Virus record (IMG/VR): IMGVR_UViG_2695420822_000015
Origin: a virus
Lineage: Duplodnaviria; Heunggongvirae; Uroviricota; Caudoviricetes
Reading direction: 5' to 3' (one strand)
Length of the DNA: 10,688 nucleotides
A program made the position numbers and the translations under genes. The notes under the pieces were generated by a model, which saw only the letters and a list, made by a program, of their open reading frames with translations, searched no databases and was not told where the DNA came from. Of this stretch, positions 1 to 6,611 are shown piece after piece (position 1 is the stretch's first letter; every line of letters begins with the position of its first letter).

Positions 1-1
1 A

Positions 2-220
2 AGTCATCGGGCATTATCTGAACATAAAACACTACCAATAAGTTGGAGTCATTACCAAACGGTTGAAATGTATGCCGCTACTTACGGGTCCTGTAATCCT
101 CTGAATAAACCAGAGGGAAAAGATGATTTCGACAAAATTTACCGCTTCTTGGAGGACCGCTATATCAAAAGCTTAGAGGACGCAGGGATCAAATCCCCAG
201 TGAAGTCACCATTGTCCTGA
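2..220 (+). CDS. Hypothetical protein, 5'-truncated at window edge
   Basis: Frame is open from position 2 to TGA at 218-220 (73 codons, ...DDFDKIYRFLEDRYIKSLEDAGIKSPVKSPLS*). Absent from the ORF track because the only internal ATG (pos 68) gives under 60 aa. Convergent 32-bp overlap with 189..566(-). No recognisable family. Confidence 0.25.
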   Translation, partial: SHRALSEHKTLPISWSHYQTVEMYAATYGSCNPLNKPEGKDDFDKIYRFLEDRYIKSLEDAGIKSPVKSPLS

Positions 221-566
221 GAACTTGCAGAACGTCATGATCATAACTTCCATCCAAACCGCGACGGCGAATTGCTTCTCGTATTACCGGAAGCAGTTCG
301 CTGGAAATCTCGGTGCATATTTCACCTGATAATACGCTTGGCTCAAGTGAGAATATTGGTGAACTTACGGTCTTGGTCTCGACAGTTTCAGAGTCAGTGC
401 CAACATTATAAAGCTCAACGAAAGCGGTCTTGATTTTCCGGGCCAGATCTTTTGCTGGCTCGCTTGCAATATCTTTCCCGATTTCTCGCAGCACAGAATG
501 CAATGTATGAGCTGCTGTTTTCTGTACATCAGACGGTAAATCTTTAAATTCCATCGTCAGCCTCAT
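189..566 (-). CDS. Hypothetical phage early-left protein (125 aa)
   Basis: ATG start; its start overlaps the stop of the upstream gene 566..772 in an ATGA arrangement on the minus strand (translational coupling). Lies leftward of the OL-like operators as expected for a PL-type operon. No family recognised. Confidence 0.5.
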   Translation of the reverse strand: MRLTMEFKDLPSDVQKTAAHTLHSVLREIGKDIASEPAKDLARKIKTAFVELYNVGTDSETVETKTVSSPIFSLEPSVLSGEICTEISSELLPVIREAIRRRGLDGSYDHDVLQVLRTMVTSLGI

Positions 567-772
567 CAGTCAGTGTTTCTGGCTAACCAGCAACGCGCGC
601 CAGATTCGGTTTTAAACGTTTTGCTTTTGGTATACGTCATGGCGGTAAACGTTCCATCCTGGTTAGGGAACACGCCGCACACCAGAGATTCGTTGTTGCC
701 AAGATCGATAGTATCCATGCTGACCTCATTTCCCCTTAACGCCGGGGTGGCGGAACAAAAAACCTGCTGCAT
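566..772 (-). CDS. Hypothetical phage early-left protein (68 aa)
   Basis: ATG at 772-770; weak SD; coupled by ATGA to the downstream ORF. Not arginine-rich, so not an N-type antiterminator. No family recognised. Confidence 0.4.
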   Translation of the reverse strand: MQQVFCSATPALRGNEVSMDTIDLGNNESLVCGVFPNQDGTFTAMTYTKSKTFKTESGARCWLARNTD

Positions 773-898
773 AGTTAAAGATTGAACCCTGCCGTCATGT
801 TCTTACGCCTCGGGCTGGCTACTTAACCCCTGACCACTGTCTGGTAACTCGAAGTATTGCCCTGCATTCTGTGGGGCGGGGTGGGTTGACGCCTGAAA

Positions 899-943
899 CA
901 ATAGCATCATTATTTTTTTTGATGTAAATAGCATCGCTATTGT
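899..943. promoter_or_regulatory. OL-like operator pair (inverted repeats AATAGC-N3-GCTATT)
   Basis: Perfect 15-bp palindrome AATAGCatcGCTATT at 927-941 and a degenerate copy AATAGCatcATTATT at 900-914, centres 27 bp apart. Same motif recurs in the cI/cro intergenic region. TTGACG at 886-891 and minus-strand TTTACA (923-928) are possible -35 elements; -10 not confidently assigned. Confidence 0.5.
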
Positions 944-956
944 TTTTTGTTGGGGC

Positions 957-981
957 AAGAAAAAACCACCCTAAGGTGGTT
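957..981 (-). terminator. Rho-independent terminator ending the repressor-antitoxin-toxin operon
   Basis: Stem 964-970 (AACCACC) pairs with 975-981 (GGTGGTT), loop CTAA. On the minus-strand transcript the hairpin is followed by UUUUCUU. Sits 17 bp downstream of the parE-like stop (998). Confidence 0.6.
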
Positions 982-997
982 CTGTCGGCGGGAATAA

Positions 998-1288
998 TTA
1001 ACTGTTTTTGCCTGGATACTGTCTTCGAGAATGCACAATATTTACTACTTCTATGCTTGATGCTGTTACTCGGTAAAGGATGATGTAGTTAGGATGAGTT
1101 ACAATTTCACGAAGACCAAGAACTCGCTCGCTTGGAGGATACAGGTAAGGATGCTCTGTGAGCGGCAAAACGGATGTTTCAATTCGAATTTTCATTCTGC
1201 GTGCTGCCGCGGGATTTTCTTTAGCTATGTAGGCTACGATCTGGCGCAAATCATCACGAGCAGATGGTAGCCATAAAACGGGTAACAT
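998..1288 (-). CDS. parE: Type II toxin, RelE/ParE superfamily (ParE-like), 96 aa
   Basis: Sequence has the ParE-like pattern (N-terminal LWLPSARDDLRQIVAYIAKENPAAARR; core ILYRV...IEVVNIVHSRRQY). ATG overlaps the antitoxin stop as TAATG at 1286-1290. Third gene of a repressor-antitoxin-toxin operon, as in the paaR-paaA-parE modules described in E. coli O157:H7 prophages. Confidence 0.85.
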   Translation of the reverse strand: MLPVLWLPSARDDLRQIVAYIAKENPAAARRMKIRIETSVLPLTEHPYLYPPSERVLGLREIVTHPNYIILYRVTASSIEVVNIVHSRRQYPGKNS

Positions 1289-1482
1289 TATTCACCTCTG
1301 TGAGTTGCAGCAGCAATTTGGGCAATAATTTGTTCCATTTCCGCCATTACCTCATCATGCGGAATCGCCGGGCGGGGATCCGCGAGGCTTGCTGCTACTT
1401 TGGCCCGCAGCCATTCGTTGTAACTATTTTCTTGCTCAACTGTCTCAAATTCTGAAACCATTGGGGAAAGGACTGTACTCAT
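1288..1482 (-). CDS. Small acidic antitoxin partner of ParE (64 aa, PaaA-like)
   Basis: 64-aa acidic protein immediately upstream of, and overlapping, the toxin gene. SD GAGGAG about 9 nt upstream of ATG (1482-1480). Position and size fit a ParD/PaaA-type antitoxin; identity inferred from context, not from a recognised motif. Confidence 0.7.
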   Translation of the reverse strand: MSTVLSPMVSEFETVEQENSYNEWLRAKVAASLADPRPAIPHDEVMAEMEQIIAQIAAATHRGE

Positions 1483-1501
1483 TTTACATATCTCCTCTGA
1501 T

Positions 1502-2032
1502 TTAGGCGCGACGGCCTTTTTGTGCAGCTAACCACCGCGCAACCGTACGATCCATTGATTCTTTTTTATCTTTCATCTCCTGAAGCATGTGTTCTTGATC
1601 TTCTTTCGGAAAAGCTCTGAACGTATGGATTAAATCTCGTTCCATCGGCTCTACGGCAAACGGTAGTTCATCCTCTGTTTGTTCTGTGTCTGCTGGTAAT
1701 GCGACTATGTTATCTTGCTGTGGTTCTCGACAATACATCCTTGCAATTTGCAGCAAATCTACCATGTCTGGCCTGATTGACTCAGGGGGAACTTTCAGTA
1801 AGCCAGCAAACTTTAGAACAGCCTCAAGGTTTAGTGGGGTTTGACCATTTAGGTAGTGACTTACCGCCCCTTGTGTTGAAAACCCCATAATTTCCGCCGC
1901 ACGTTCCTGAGTCAATCCCAACTGAGATTTCTTTGCCATCCAGATTTCTTTCAGTCTTCTGGCGGCGTTGAGGTCGGTGTCTGACAATGATTTTCTTTTC
2001 ATACATCCAATTCTAATAAGATTGCTAATCAC
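1502..2032 (-). CDS. cI-like HTH (XRE-family) repressor lacking an S24 peptidase domain (PaaR-like)
   Basis: N-terminal HTH segment LGLTQERAAEIMGFSTQGAVSHYLNGQ resembles lambda cI/XRE DNA-binding domains. No Ala-Gly/Ser...Lys autocleavage motifs seen. Track start is GTG at 2032; ATG at 2002-2000 with almost no leader or SD is the more likely start (leaderless, as for lambda cI from PRM). 19-bp gap to the antitoxin gene. Confidence 0.8.
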   Translation of the reverse strand: MISNLIRIGCMKRKSLSDTDLNAARRLKEIWMAKKSQLGLTQERAAEIMGFSTQGAVSHYLNGQTPLNLEAVLKFAGLLKVPPESIRPDMVDLLQIARMYCREPQQDNIVALPADTEQTEDELPFAVEPMERDLIHTFRAFPKEDQEHMLQEMKDKKESMDRTVARWLAAQKGRRA

Positions 2033-2086
2033 TTTGAAATAGCATCACTATTTACTTTTAAAAATAACAGTGCTATTAATTATGCA
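2033..2086. promoter_or_regulatory. OR-like divergent operator/promoter region between cI-like and cro-like genes
   Basis: Two near-palindromes of the OL motif: AATAGCatcACTATT (2038-2052) and AATAACagtGCTATT (2063-2077), centres 25 bp apart. Candidate rightward promoter TTTACT (2051-2056), 17-bp spacer, TATTAA (2074-2079). Confidence 0.6.
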
Positions 2087-2113
2087 TTGGTAACACATCA
2101 CATAGGGCGGATT

Positions 2114-2377
2114 ATGAATCTTGGAGAATATTTGCATCATTTTCATATAACCCAGAGTTCATTTGCTGAGATTGTTGGCGCATCCCAAGGGATGGTCAGC
2201 CACGTTATAACGGGGCGTGCAAAACTTACAGGAGAAAAAATATTACGTTGGTGTGAAGCAACGGGATGGGTGGTGACCCCACATGAGATTGACAGTAAAA
2301 CCTACCCCAACCCAACTGACGGCTTGCCTGCTGAGTTTCAGGCTAACACACAACCATCGGCGGGGGTTGATTCATGA
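2114..2377 (+). CDS. Cro/YdaS-like HTH transcriptional regulator (87 aa)
   Basis: Divergent from the repressor gene. Short HTH protein (FAEIVGASQGMVSHVITGRAKLTGEKILRW). Track start is TTG 2087; ATG 2114 with upstream AGGGCGG is preferred. Stop overlaps the next gene start in ATGA (2374-2377). Confidence 0.8.
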   Translation: MNLGEYLHHFHITQSSFAEIVGASQGMVSHVITGRAKLTGEKILRWCEATGWVVTPHEIDSKTYPNPTDGLPAEFQANTQPSAGVDS

Positions 2378-2799
2378 AAATCAAGCATGAACACATCCGC
2401 ATGGCGATGAAAGCCTGGGCGCATCCGGACGGTGAAAAAGTTCCGGCAGCTGAAATAACCAGGGTTTATTTCGAACTGGGAATGACGTTTCCGGTTCTGC
2501 ATAACGACAGCAAGCACAACACGCTTTATCTCAACACCCAAAAGATTTTCCGTTGGCTGGATAAAGACACCCCTGACGCTGTTGAAAAAATTCAGGCGTT
2601 GTTACCTGCGATCGAAAGGGCAATGCCACCTCCGCTGGTGGCTCGAATGCGCAGCCACAGTTCAGCTTATTTTCGGGAACTGGTGGAGACGCATGAACGA
2701 CTGGTGAGAGACGCTGATGATTTTGTCGCAGTGGCAATCGCCGGTTTCAATCAGATGAACCGTGGTGGCCCGGCAGGAAATGCTGTGGCAGTACATTGA
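2374..2799 (+). CDS. YdaT-like (cII-position) protein, 141 aa
   Basis: Translationally coupled to the cro-like gene; GGGGG SD 7 nt upstream. Size and position match Rac-type ydaS-ydaT pairs. Family assignment from recalled similarity, unverified. Confidence 0.6.
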   Translation: MKIKHEHIRMAMKAWAHPDGEKVPAAEITRVYFELGMTFPVLHNDSKHNTLYLNTQKIFRWLDKDTPDAVEKIQALLPAIERAMPPPLVARMRSHSSAYFRELVETHERLVRDADDFVAVAIAGFNQMNRGGPAGNAVAVH

Positions 2800-2870
2800 C
2801 TGACAATAGCCATATCGAATCGCTCCCGGCAACTCGTGAGTAAAAAGATTCGGTATCAGAAGAGGTGAGT

Positions 2871-3935
2871 ATGGCTAACGCCTGGCTCAGATTATGGCAT
2901 GACATGCCAAATGACCCTAAGTGGCGAACAATTGCCAGGGTGTCAGGGCAGCCAATTGCAACAGTGATGGCAGTGTATATCCACCTCCTGGTGAGCGCGT
3001 CACGAAATGTCACGCGAGGTCACATTGATGTCACGACAGAAGATTTGGCAAGTGCGCTCGACGTGACAGAAGAGGTAATTGATTCAATTTTGCAGACGAT
3101 GCAGGGGCGGGTACTTGATGGTGATTTAATCACTGGATGGGAAAAACGCCAGGTGCTTAAAGAGGACAACGGCAATATTTCGCAAACCGCAAAATCTCCT
3201 GCAGAGCGCAAGAGGGCGCAGCGAGAGAGGGAAAGAAAGCGGGAACAAAATGGCGATTGTCACGGCGCGTCACGAAATGTCACGCACATGTCACGACGAG
3301 TCACGACAGATACAGATAAAGATACAGATAAAGAAGATCAAAACACTATGGTCCATGGCGTAAAAAACGCCACGAACCAGGCAGGGGATGTTCAGACCGT
3401 CAATCCTGGTCAGCCAGCAGGCTCGACACCGGAAGCCGATTCAGCGTATGCGCTGAAAGCCGATTCGGGCGCTGTGCAGCAGGTGATGACCGCAAGGCCG
3501 GAGCAATCACTCCAACTGCAGCAGCCTGAAGCCGATTCCGCCATTCAGCGGGAAGCCGATCGGGTAGCCCCGGAAAACACCGGGCAGCCTGTGGGACGAG
3601 TGGATTATCCGGATGTGTTCGAACAGGTCTGGCGGGAATACCCGTTGCGTGCCGGGGCAAACCCGAAGAAATCCGCATTCAGTGCCTGGAAGGCCAGATT
3701 GCGCGAGGGGGTGCCACCAGAGACCATGCTGGATGGTGTGAGGCGTTACGCGAGATACCTGGCGGCGACCGGGAAAGCGGGAACGGAATTTGTTCAGCGA
3801 GCGACGACGTTTTTTGGGCCGGACCGGAATTTTGAAAACCCCTGGTTGCTCCCGGTAAGCGGCACGAACAACCAGCGTTGTGTGAATCATATTTCTGAAC
3901 CGGATACCGAAATTCCGCCGGGATTCAGGGGGTGA
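2871..3935 (+). CDS. Phage replication initiator / replisome organiser (lambda O-like, YdaU-like)
   Basis: Lies directly upstream of the dnaC-like gene. Contains iteron clusters in its coding sequence, as lambda O contains ori. Low-complexity acidic/Pro/Gln-rich linker in the middle. SD GAGG 5 nt before ATG 2871 (track start GTG 2865). Confidence 0.7.
   Translation: MANAWLRLWHDMPNDPKWRTIARVSGQPIATVMAVYIHLLVSASRNVTRGHIDVTTEDLASALDVTEEVIDSILQTMQGRVLDGDLITGWEKRQVLKEDNGNISQTAKSPAERKRAQRERERKREQNGDCHGASRNVTHMSRRVTTDTDKDTDKEDQNTMVHGVKNATNQAGDVQTVNPGQPAGSTPEADSAYALKADSGAVQQVMTARPEQSLQLQQPEADSAIQREADRVAPENTGQPVGRVDYPDVFEQVWREYPLRAGANPKKSAFSAWKARLREGVPPETMLDGVRRYARYLAATGKAGTEFVQRATTFFGPDRNFENPWLLPVSGTNNQRCVNHISEPDTEIPPGFRG
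2999..3035. repeat. Iteron cluster 1: four GTCACG/GTCACA copies phased about 10 bp apart
   Basis: GTCACG at 2999, 3009, 3030 and GTCACA at 3019; an inverted copy CGTGAC at 3062-3067. Helical-turn phasing. Confidence 0.5.
3259..3332. repeat. Iteron cluster 2 (five GTCACG copies) plus 12-bp tandem repeat; candidate phage origin
   Basis: GTCACG at 3259, 3269, 3279, 3290, 3300 (spacing 10-11 bp). The 19-mer GCGTCACGAAATGTCACGC occurs at both 2997-3015 and 3268-3286. Immediately followed by perfect tandem GATACAGATAAA x2 (3309-3332), an A+T-rich patch. Confidence 0.55.
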
Positions 3936-3941
3936 TGTGGC

Positions 3942-4719
3942 ATGAAAAACATTGCGGCAGCCGGGGTTCTTGAACGTATTCACAGACTTGCACCACAGGG
4001 GGCGGTTCCACCGTACCGGACGGTGGAGGAGTGGCGGGGGNNNNNNNNNNNNNNNNNNNNNNNNNNNNGAATGGCAACTTGCTGAAGGACGAAAACGCAG
4101 CGAGGAGATTAACCGCCAGAATCGCCAGTTGCGGGTGGAAAAAATCCTGAATCGTTCGGGCATCCAGCCTCTGCACAGCAAATGCTCGTTTGCGAATTAT
4201 CAGGTGCAGAACGACGGGCAAAAATACGCGCTGAGCCAGGCCAAATCCATAGCTGACGAACTGATGACCGGGTGCACGAATTTTGTGTTCAGCGGTAAAA
4301 CCGGCACCGGGAAAAATCACCTTGCAGCGGCGATGGGTAACCGGCTGATGGCGAAGGGGCGCAGCGTGATTATCGTCACCGAGTCTGATGTCATGAGCGT
4401 GTTGCATGACAGCTACGACAACGGCAAATCCGGTGAAAAATTTTTACAGGAGCTTTGTGGTGTTGACCTGCTGGTCCTGGATGAAATTGGCATGCAGCGG
4501 GATACGAAAAACGAGCAGGTGGTACTGAACCAGATTGTTGATCGCCGGACGGCATCGTTACGCGGTGTGGGGATGCTGACAAATATTAACCATGCAGCGA
4601 TGAATACACTTCTCGGCGAGCGGGTGATGGATCGCATGGTCATGAACGGCGGGCGCTGGGTGAATTTTAACTGGGAGAGCTGGCGTCCGAATGTTAGCCA
4701 TTCGAGGGTTGTTAAGTAG
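3942..4719 (+). CDS. DnaC-like helicase loader (phage replication protein, AAA+/IstB-like), interrupted by assembly gap
   Basis: Walker A FSGKTGTGKNHLAAA, Walker B DLLVLDEIG; C-terminal LGERVMDRM closely resembles E. coli DnaC. ATG 3942 (MKNIAAAGVLERIHRL...) lies 6 nt after the O-like stop. The track's TTG 3952 start is in another frame and is an artefact of the 28-N gap. Confidence 0.8.
4041..4068. other. Assembly gap (28 N) inside the dnaC-like gene
   Basis: Run of N; gap length is not a multiple of 3, so the reading frame across it is undefined. Confidence 0.95.
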
Positions 4720-4750
4720 TTTCAGGAGGATTTATGGCGAAACCTTTTAN

Positions 4751-5154
4751 ATCACTTAGCGGCAGCTATCGGGAATCGCCTGCTGAAAGACGGTCAGACA
4801 GTGATTGTGGTTACCGTGGCTGATGTTATGAGCGCCCTGCACGCCAGCTATGACGACGGGCAGTCAGGCGAAAAATTTTTGCGGGAGCTGTGCGAAGTGG
4901 ATCTGCTGGTTCTTGATGAAATTGGCATTCAGCGCGAGACGAAAAACGAGCAGGTGGTGCTGCACCAGATTGTTGATCGCCGGACAGCGTCGATGCGCAG
5001 CGTGGGGATGCTGACAAACCTGAACTATGAGGTGATGAAAACATTGCTCGGCGAGCGGGTGATGGATCGCATGGTCATGAACGGCGGGCGCTGGGTGAAT
5101 TTTAACTGGGAGAGCTGGCGTCCGAATGTTAGCCATTCGAGGGTTGTTAAGTAG
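4751..5154 (+). pseudogene. Second, 5'-truncated copy of the dnaC-like 3' region (fragment; likely chimeric join)
   Basis: Starts in-frame at ..NHLAAAIGNRLLKDGQ.. right after a single N (4750) that interrupts the start of the downstream gene (ATGGCGAAACCTTTTA, 4735-4749). Segment 4610-4749 is identical to 5045-5184. Confidence 0.6.
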
Positions 5155-5168
5155 TTTCAGGAGGATTT

Positions 5169-5353
5169 ATGGCGAAACCTTTTACTCCCGAACAGCGGGA
5201 AGAACTGAAGACGCGAATTGTGGAACTCGTGCATCAGGACGGTCGGGTCACGATTCGGCAGTTGTCAGATGAAACAGGTATCAGTCGTGCGTCTGTCGGT
5301 CGCTTATGCATAGAACTGGTCGCAAGTGGTGATGTATATAATTCTGGCTACGG
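5169..5353 (+). CDS. Hypothetical winged-helix-like protein, 5' portion only (truncated at N 5354)
   Basis: RBS AGGAGGA then ATG 5169 (MAKPFTPEQREELKTRIVELV...GISRASVGRLCIELVASGDVYNSGY). Reading frame is broken at the N junction, where sequence switches into a dnaC fragment. Confidence 0.5.
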
Positions 5354-5354
5354 N

Positions 5355-5599
5355 TCCTGGATGAAATAGGCATTCAGCGGGAGACGAAAAACGAGCAGGT
5401 GGTATTGCACCAGATAATTGATCGCCGGACAGCATCACTGTGCAGTGTCGGGATGTTAACAAACCTGAATCATGCCGCAATGAGCACGCTTCTTGGTGAG
5501 AGGATTATGGACCGCATGACCATGAACGGTTGTCGGTGGGTGACGTTTAACTGGGATAGCTGGCGTTCAAATGTCAGCTTTCCGGGAGTTGTGAAGTAA
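5355..5599 (+). pseudogene. Third, 5'-truncated dnaC-like 3' fragment (divergent allele)
   Basis: Encodes ..LDEIGIQRETKNEQVVLHQIIDRRTASLCSVGMLTNLNHAAMSTLLGERIMDRMTMNGCRWVTFNWDSWRSNVSFPGVVK*. Begins immediately after N 5354. C-terminus differs from copies 1 and 2. Confidence 0.6.
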
Positions 5600-5620
5600 T
5601 TTTTGTTGGAGGATGTTTTA

Positions 5621-6346
5621 ATGGAAACTGTATTTGACGCACTGAAAGCACTGAAAAGAGCCTCTTCACATGTGGTGGCGTCCCGCCTTGGAATCAGCCG
5701 TGAAGATGCGGTCAACGAACTGTGGAAACTGAAGCGCCGTGGTGAAGCGGATAACAAGGGTTCGATGTGGTGGCTGATTCAGGCTGGTGAAAGTGAACCA
5801 GTGTCACCGGTACCGAAAGTGACAGCGCAAATGCTGACTGAGGCGATTGAACAACATGGCCCACAAACGGCGGATGAGCTGGCACTGATGTTCGGGATTA
5901 CCTCCCGCCGGGCGAATTCATCGCTGGCCATGGCAATCAGCAAAGGGCGTCTGATTCGCGTGAATCAGGGCGGTAAATTTCGGTACTGCATACCGGGCGC
6001 TGATTTACCGGCAGAGCCGAAAGCCGCATCCATAGCGGAAACGGATGGTAAAGTCTTTCCTCAGCCAGCAGGTGTTGCGTTACCGGTACAGGAAGCTGCA
6101 ACACAGGAAGAAATTAAAACAGAAACTGTGGCGGACATTGTGCAGTCGTTGCCATCGTTCACCGAAACGCAAGCGGATGACCTGGTTTTACCATCGCTGC
6201 ATATGGCAAACCGCGAACTGCGTCGGGCGAAAAGTCATGTCCAGAAGTGGGAGCGTGTCTGCGCCGCGTTGCGGGAGCTGAACAAGCACCGGGATATTGT
6301 TCGACAGATTGTCGATTCCTCCGGTCGTATTGTGTCGGAAAAGTGA
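5621..6346 (+). CDS. Hypothetical phage protein with two putative winged-helix-like segments (241 aa)
   Basis: GGAGGA SD 7 nt upstream of ATG 5621 (track start TTG 5603 is in the same frame). Follows the third dnaC fragment. Segments [22 protein letters not shown] and [31 protein letters not shown] resemble the wHTH of the neighbouring gene family. Confidence 0.6.
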   Translation: METVFDALKALKRASSHVVASRLGISREDAVNELWKLKRRGEADNKGSMWWLIQAGESEPVSPVPKVTAQMLTEAIEQHGPQTADELALMFGITSRRANSSLAMAISKGRLIRVNQGGKFRYCIPGADLPAEPKAASIAETDGKVFPQPAGVALPVQEAATQEEIKTETVADIVQSLPSFTETQADDLVLPSLHMANRELRRAKSHVQKWERVCAALRELNKHRDIVRQIVDSSGRIVSEK

Positions 6347-6361
6347 TTGCCGGGGGCGCTT

Positions 6362-6501
6362 ATGGCAAAAGTATTTACACAGGAAGAGCGGGAAAAAATT
6401 AAGGGGCAGGTTGTTGAACTCGTACGCCAGAGTGGGCGCGAGACGTTACGACAACTGGAAGCTAAAACCGGGGCGACAAGATATTTAATAAGCGTTCTCG
6501 C
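6362..6501 (+). CDS. Hypothetical winged-helix-like protein, 5' portion (runs into 63-N gap)
   Basis: ATG 6362, MAKVFTQEEREKIKGQVVELVRQSGRETLRQLEAKTGATRYLISVL; paralogue of 5169..5353. Truncated by the gap. Confidence 0.5.
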
Positions 6502-6564
6502 NNNNNNNNNNNNNNNNNNNNNNNNNNNNNNNNNNNNNNNNNNNNNNNNNNNNNNNNNNNNNNN
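6502..6564. other. Assembly gap (63 N)
   Basis: Run of N. Confidence 0.95.
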
Positions 6565-6611
6565 ATTCTATTTCAGGAAGGAGTGTCCGTTAAACTCAGG
6601 CTACCTCAAAA

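Noticed and set aside
573-785. Plus-strand ORF (70 aa) antisense to 566..772
   Set aside because: Overlaps almost entirely the coupled minus-strand gene pair; no RBS; likely a shadow ORF.
859-877. GCCCTG-initiated sequence resembling lambda boxB (nut site)
   Set aside because: Stem is only about 4 bp with an 11-nt loop, it is on the wrong strand for a leftward nutL, and no N-like Arg-rich protein is encoded nearby.
1264-1455. Plus-strand ORF (63 aa) antisense to the toxin/antitoxin genes
   Set aside because: Lies wholly inside the well-supported ParE/antitoxin coding region on the other strand; Cys-rich, low-complexity translation.
1824-2006. Minus-strand ORF (60 aa) inside the cI-like gene in another frame
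   Set aside because: Alternate frame of a gene with clear HTH signature; shadow ORF.
2338-3211. Minus-strand ORFs 2338..2541, 2531..2737, 2747..3013, 3020..3211
   Set aside because: All antisense to the rightward cro-like, YdaT-like and O-like genes, which have RBSs, coupling and motifs; translations are low-complexity.
3400-4407. Minus-strand ORFs 3400..3678, 3507..4181, 3925..4407
   Set aside because: Antisense to the O-like and DnaC-like genes; Arg/Pro-rich translations typical of GC-rich antisense frames; one reads through the N gap.
3952-4719. ORF-track start TTG 3952 for the DnaC-like gene
   Set aside because: ATG 3942 gives an N-terminus (MKNIAAAG...) like E. coli DnaC, 6 nt after the upstream stop. 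The TTG frame matches only after the 28-N gap, whose length is arbitrary.
4391-5136. Minus-strand ORFs 4391..4582, 4413..4643, 4826..5044, 4864..5136
   Set aside because: Antisense to dnaC-like copies, which have Walker motifs; shadow ORFs.
4751-5599. Reading the extra dnaC fragments as a real tandem gene amplification
   Set aside because: Each fragment begins in-frame with no start codon, directly after an N that interrupts the next gene; pattern fits mis-joined repeats, not biology.
5470-5757. Minus-strand ORF (95 aa)
   Set aside because: Antisense across the dnaC fragment and the start of 5621..6346; no RBS.
6045-6488. Plus-strand ORFs 6045..6281 and 6297..6488 in alternate frames
   Set aside because: Overlap the better-supported 5621..6346 and 6362.. 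genes in other frames; Arg/Lys-rich junk-like translations.
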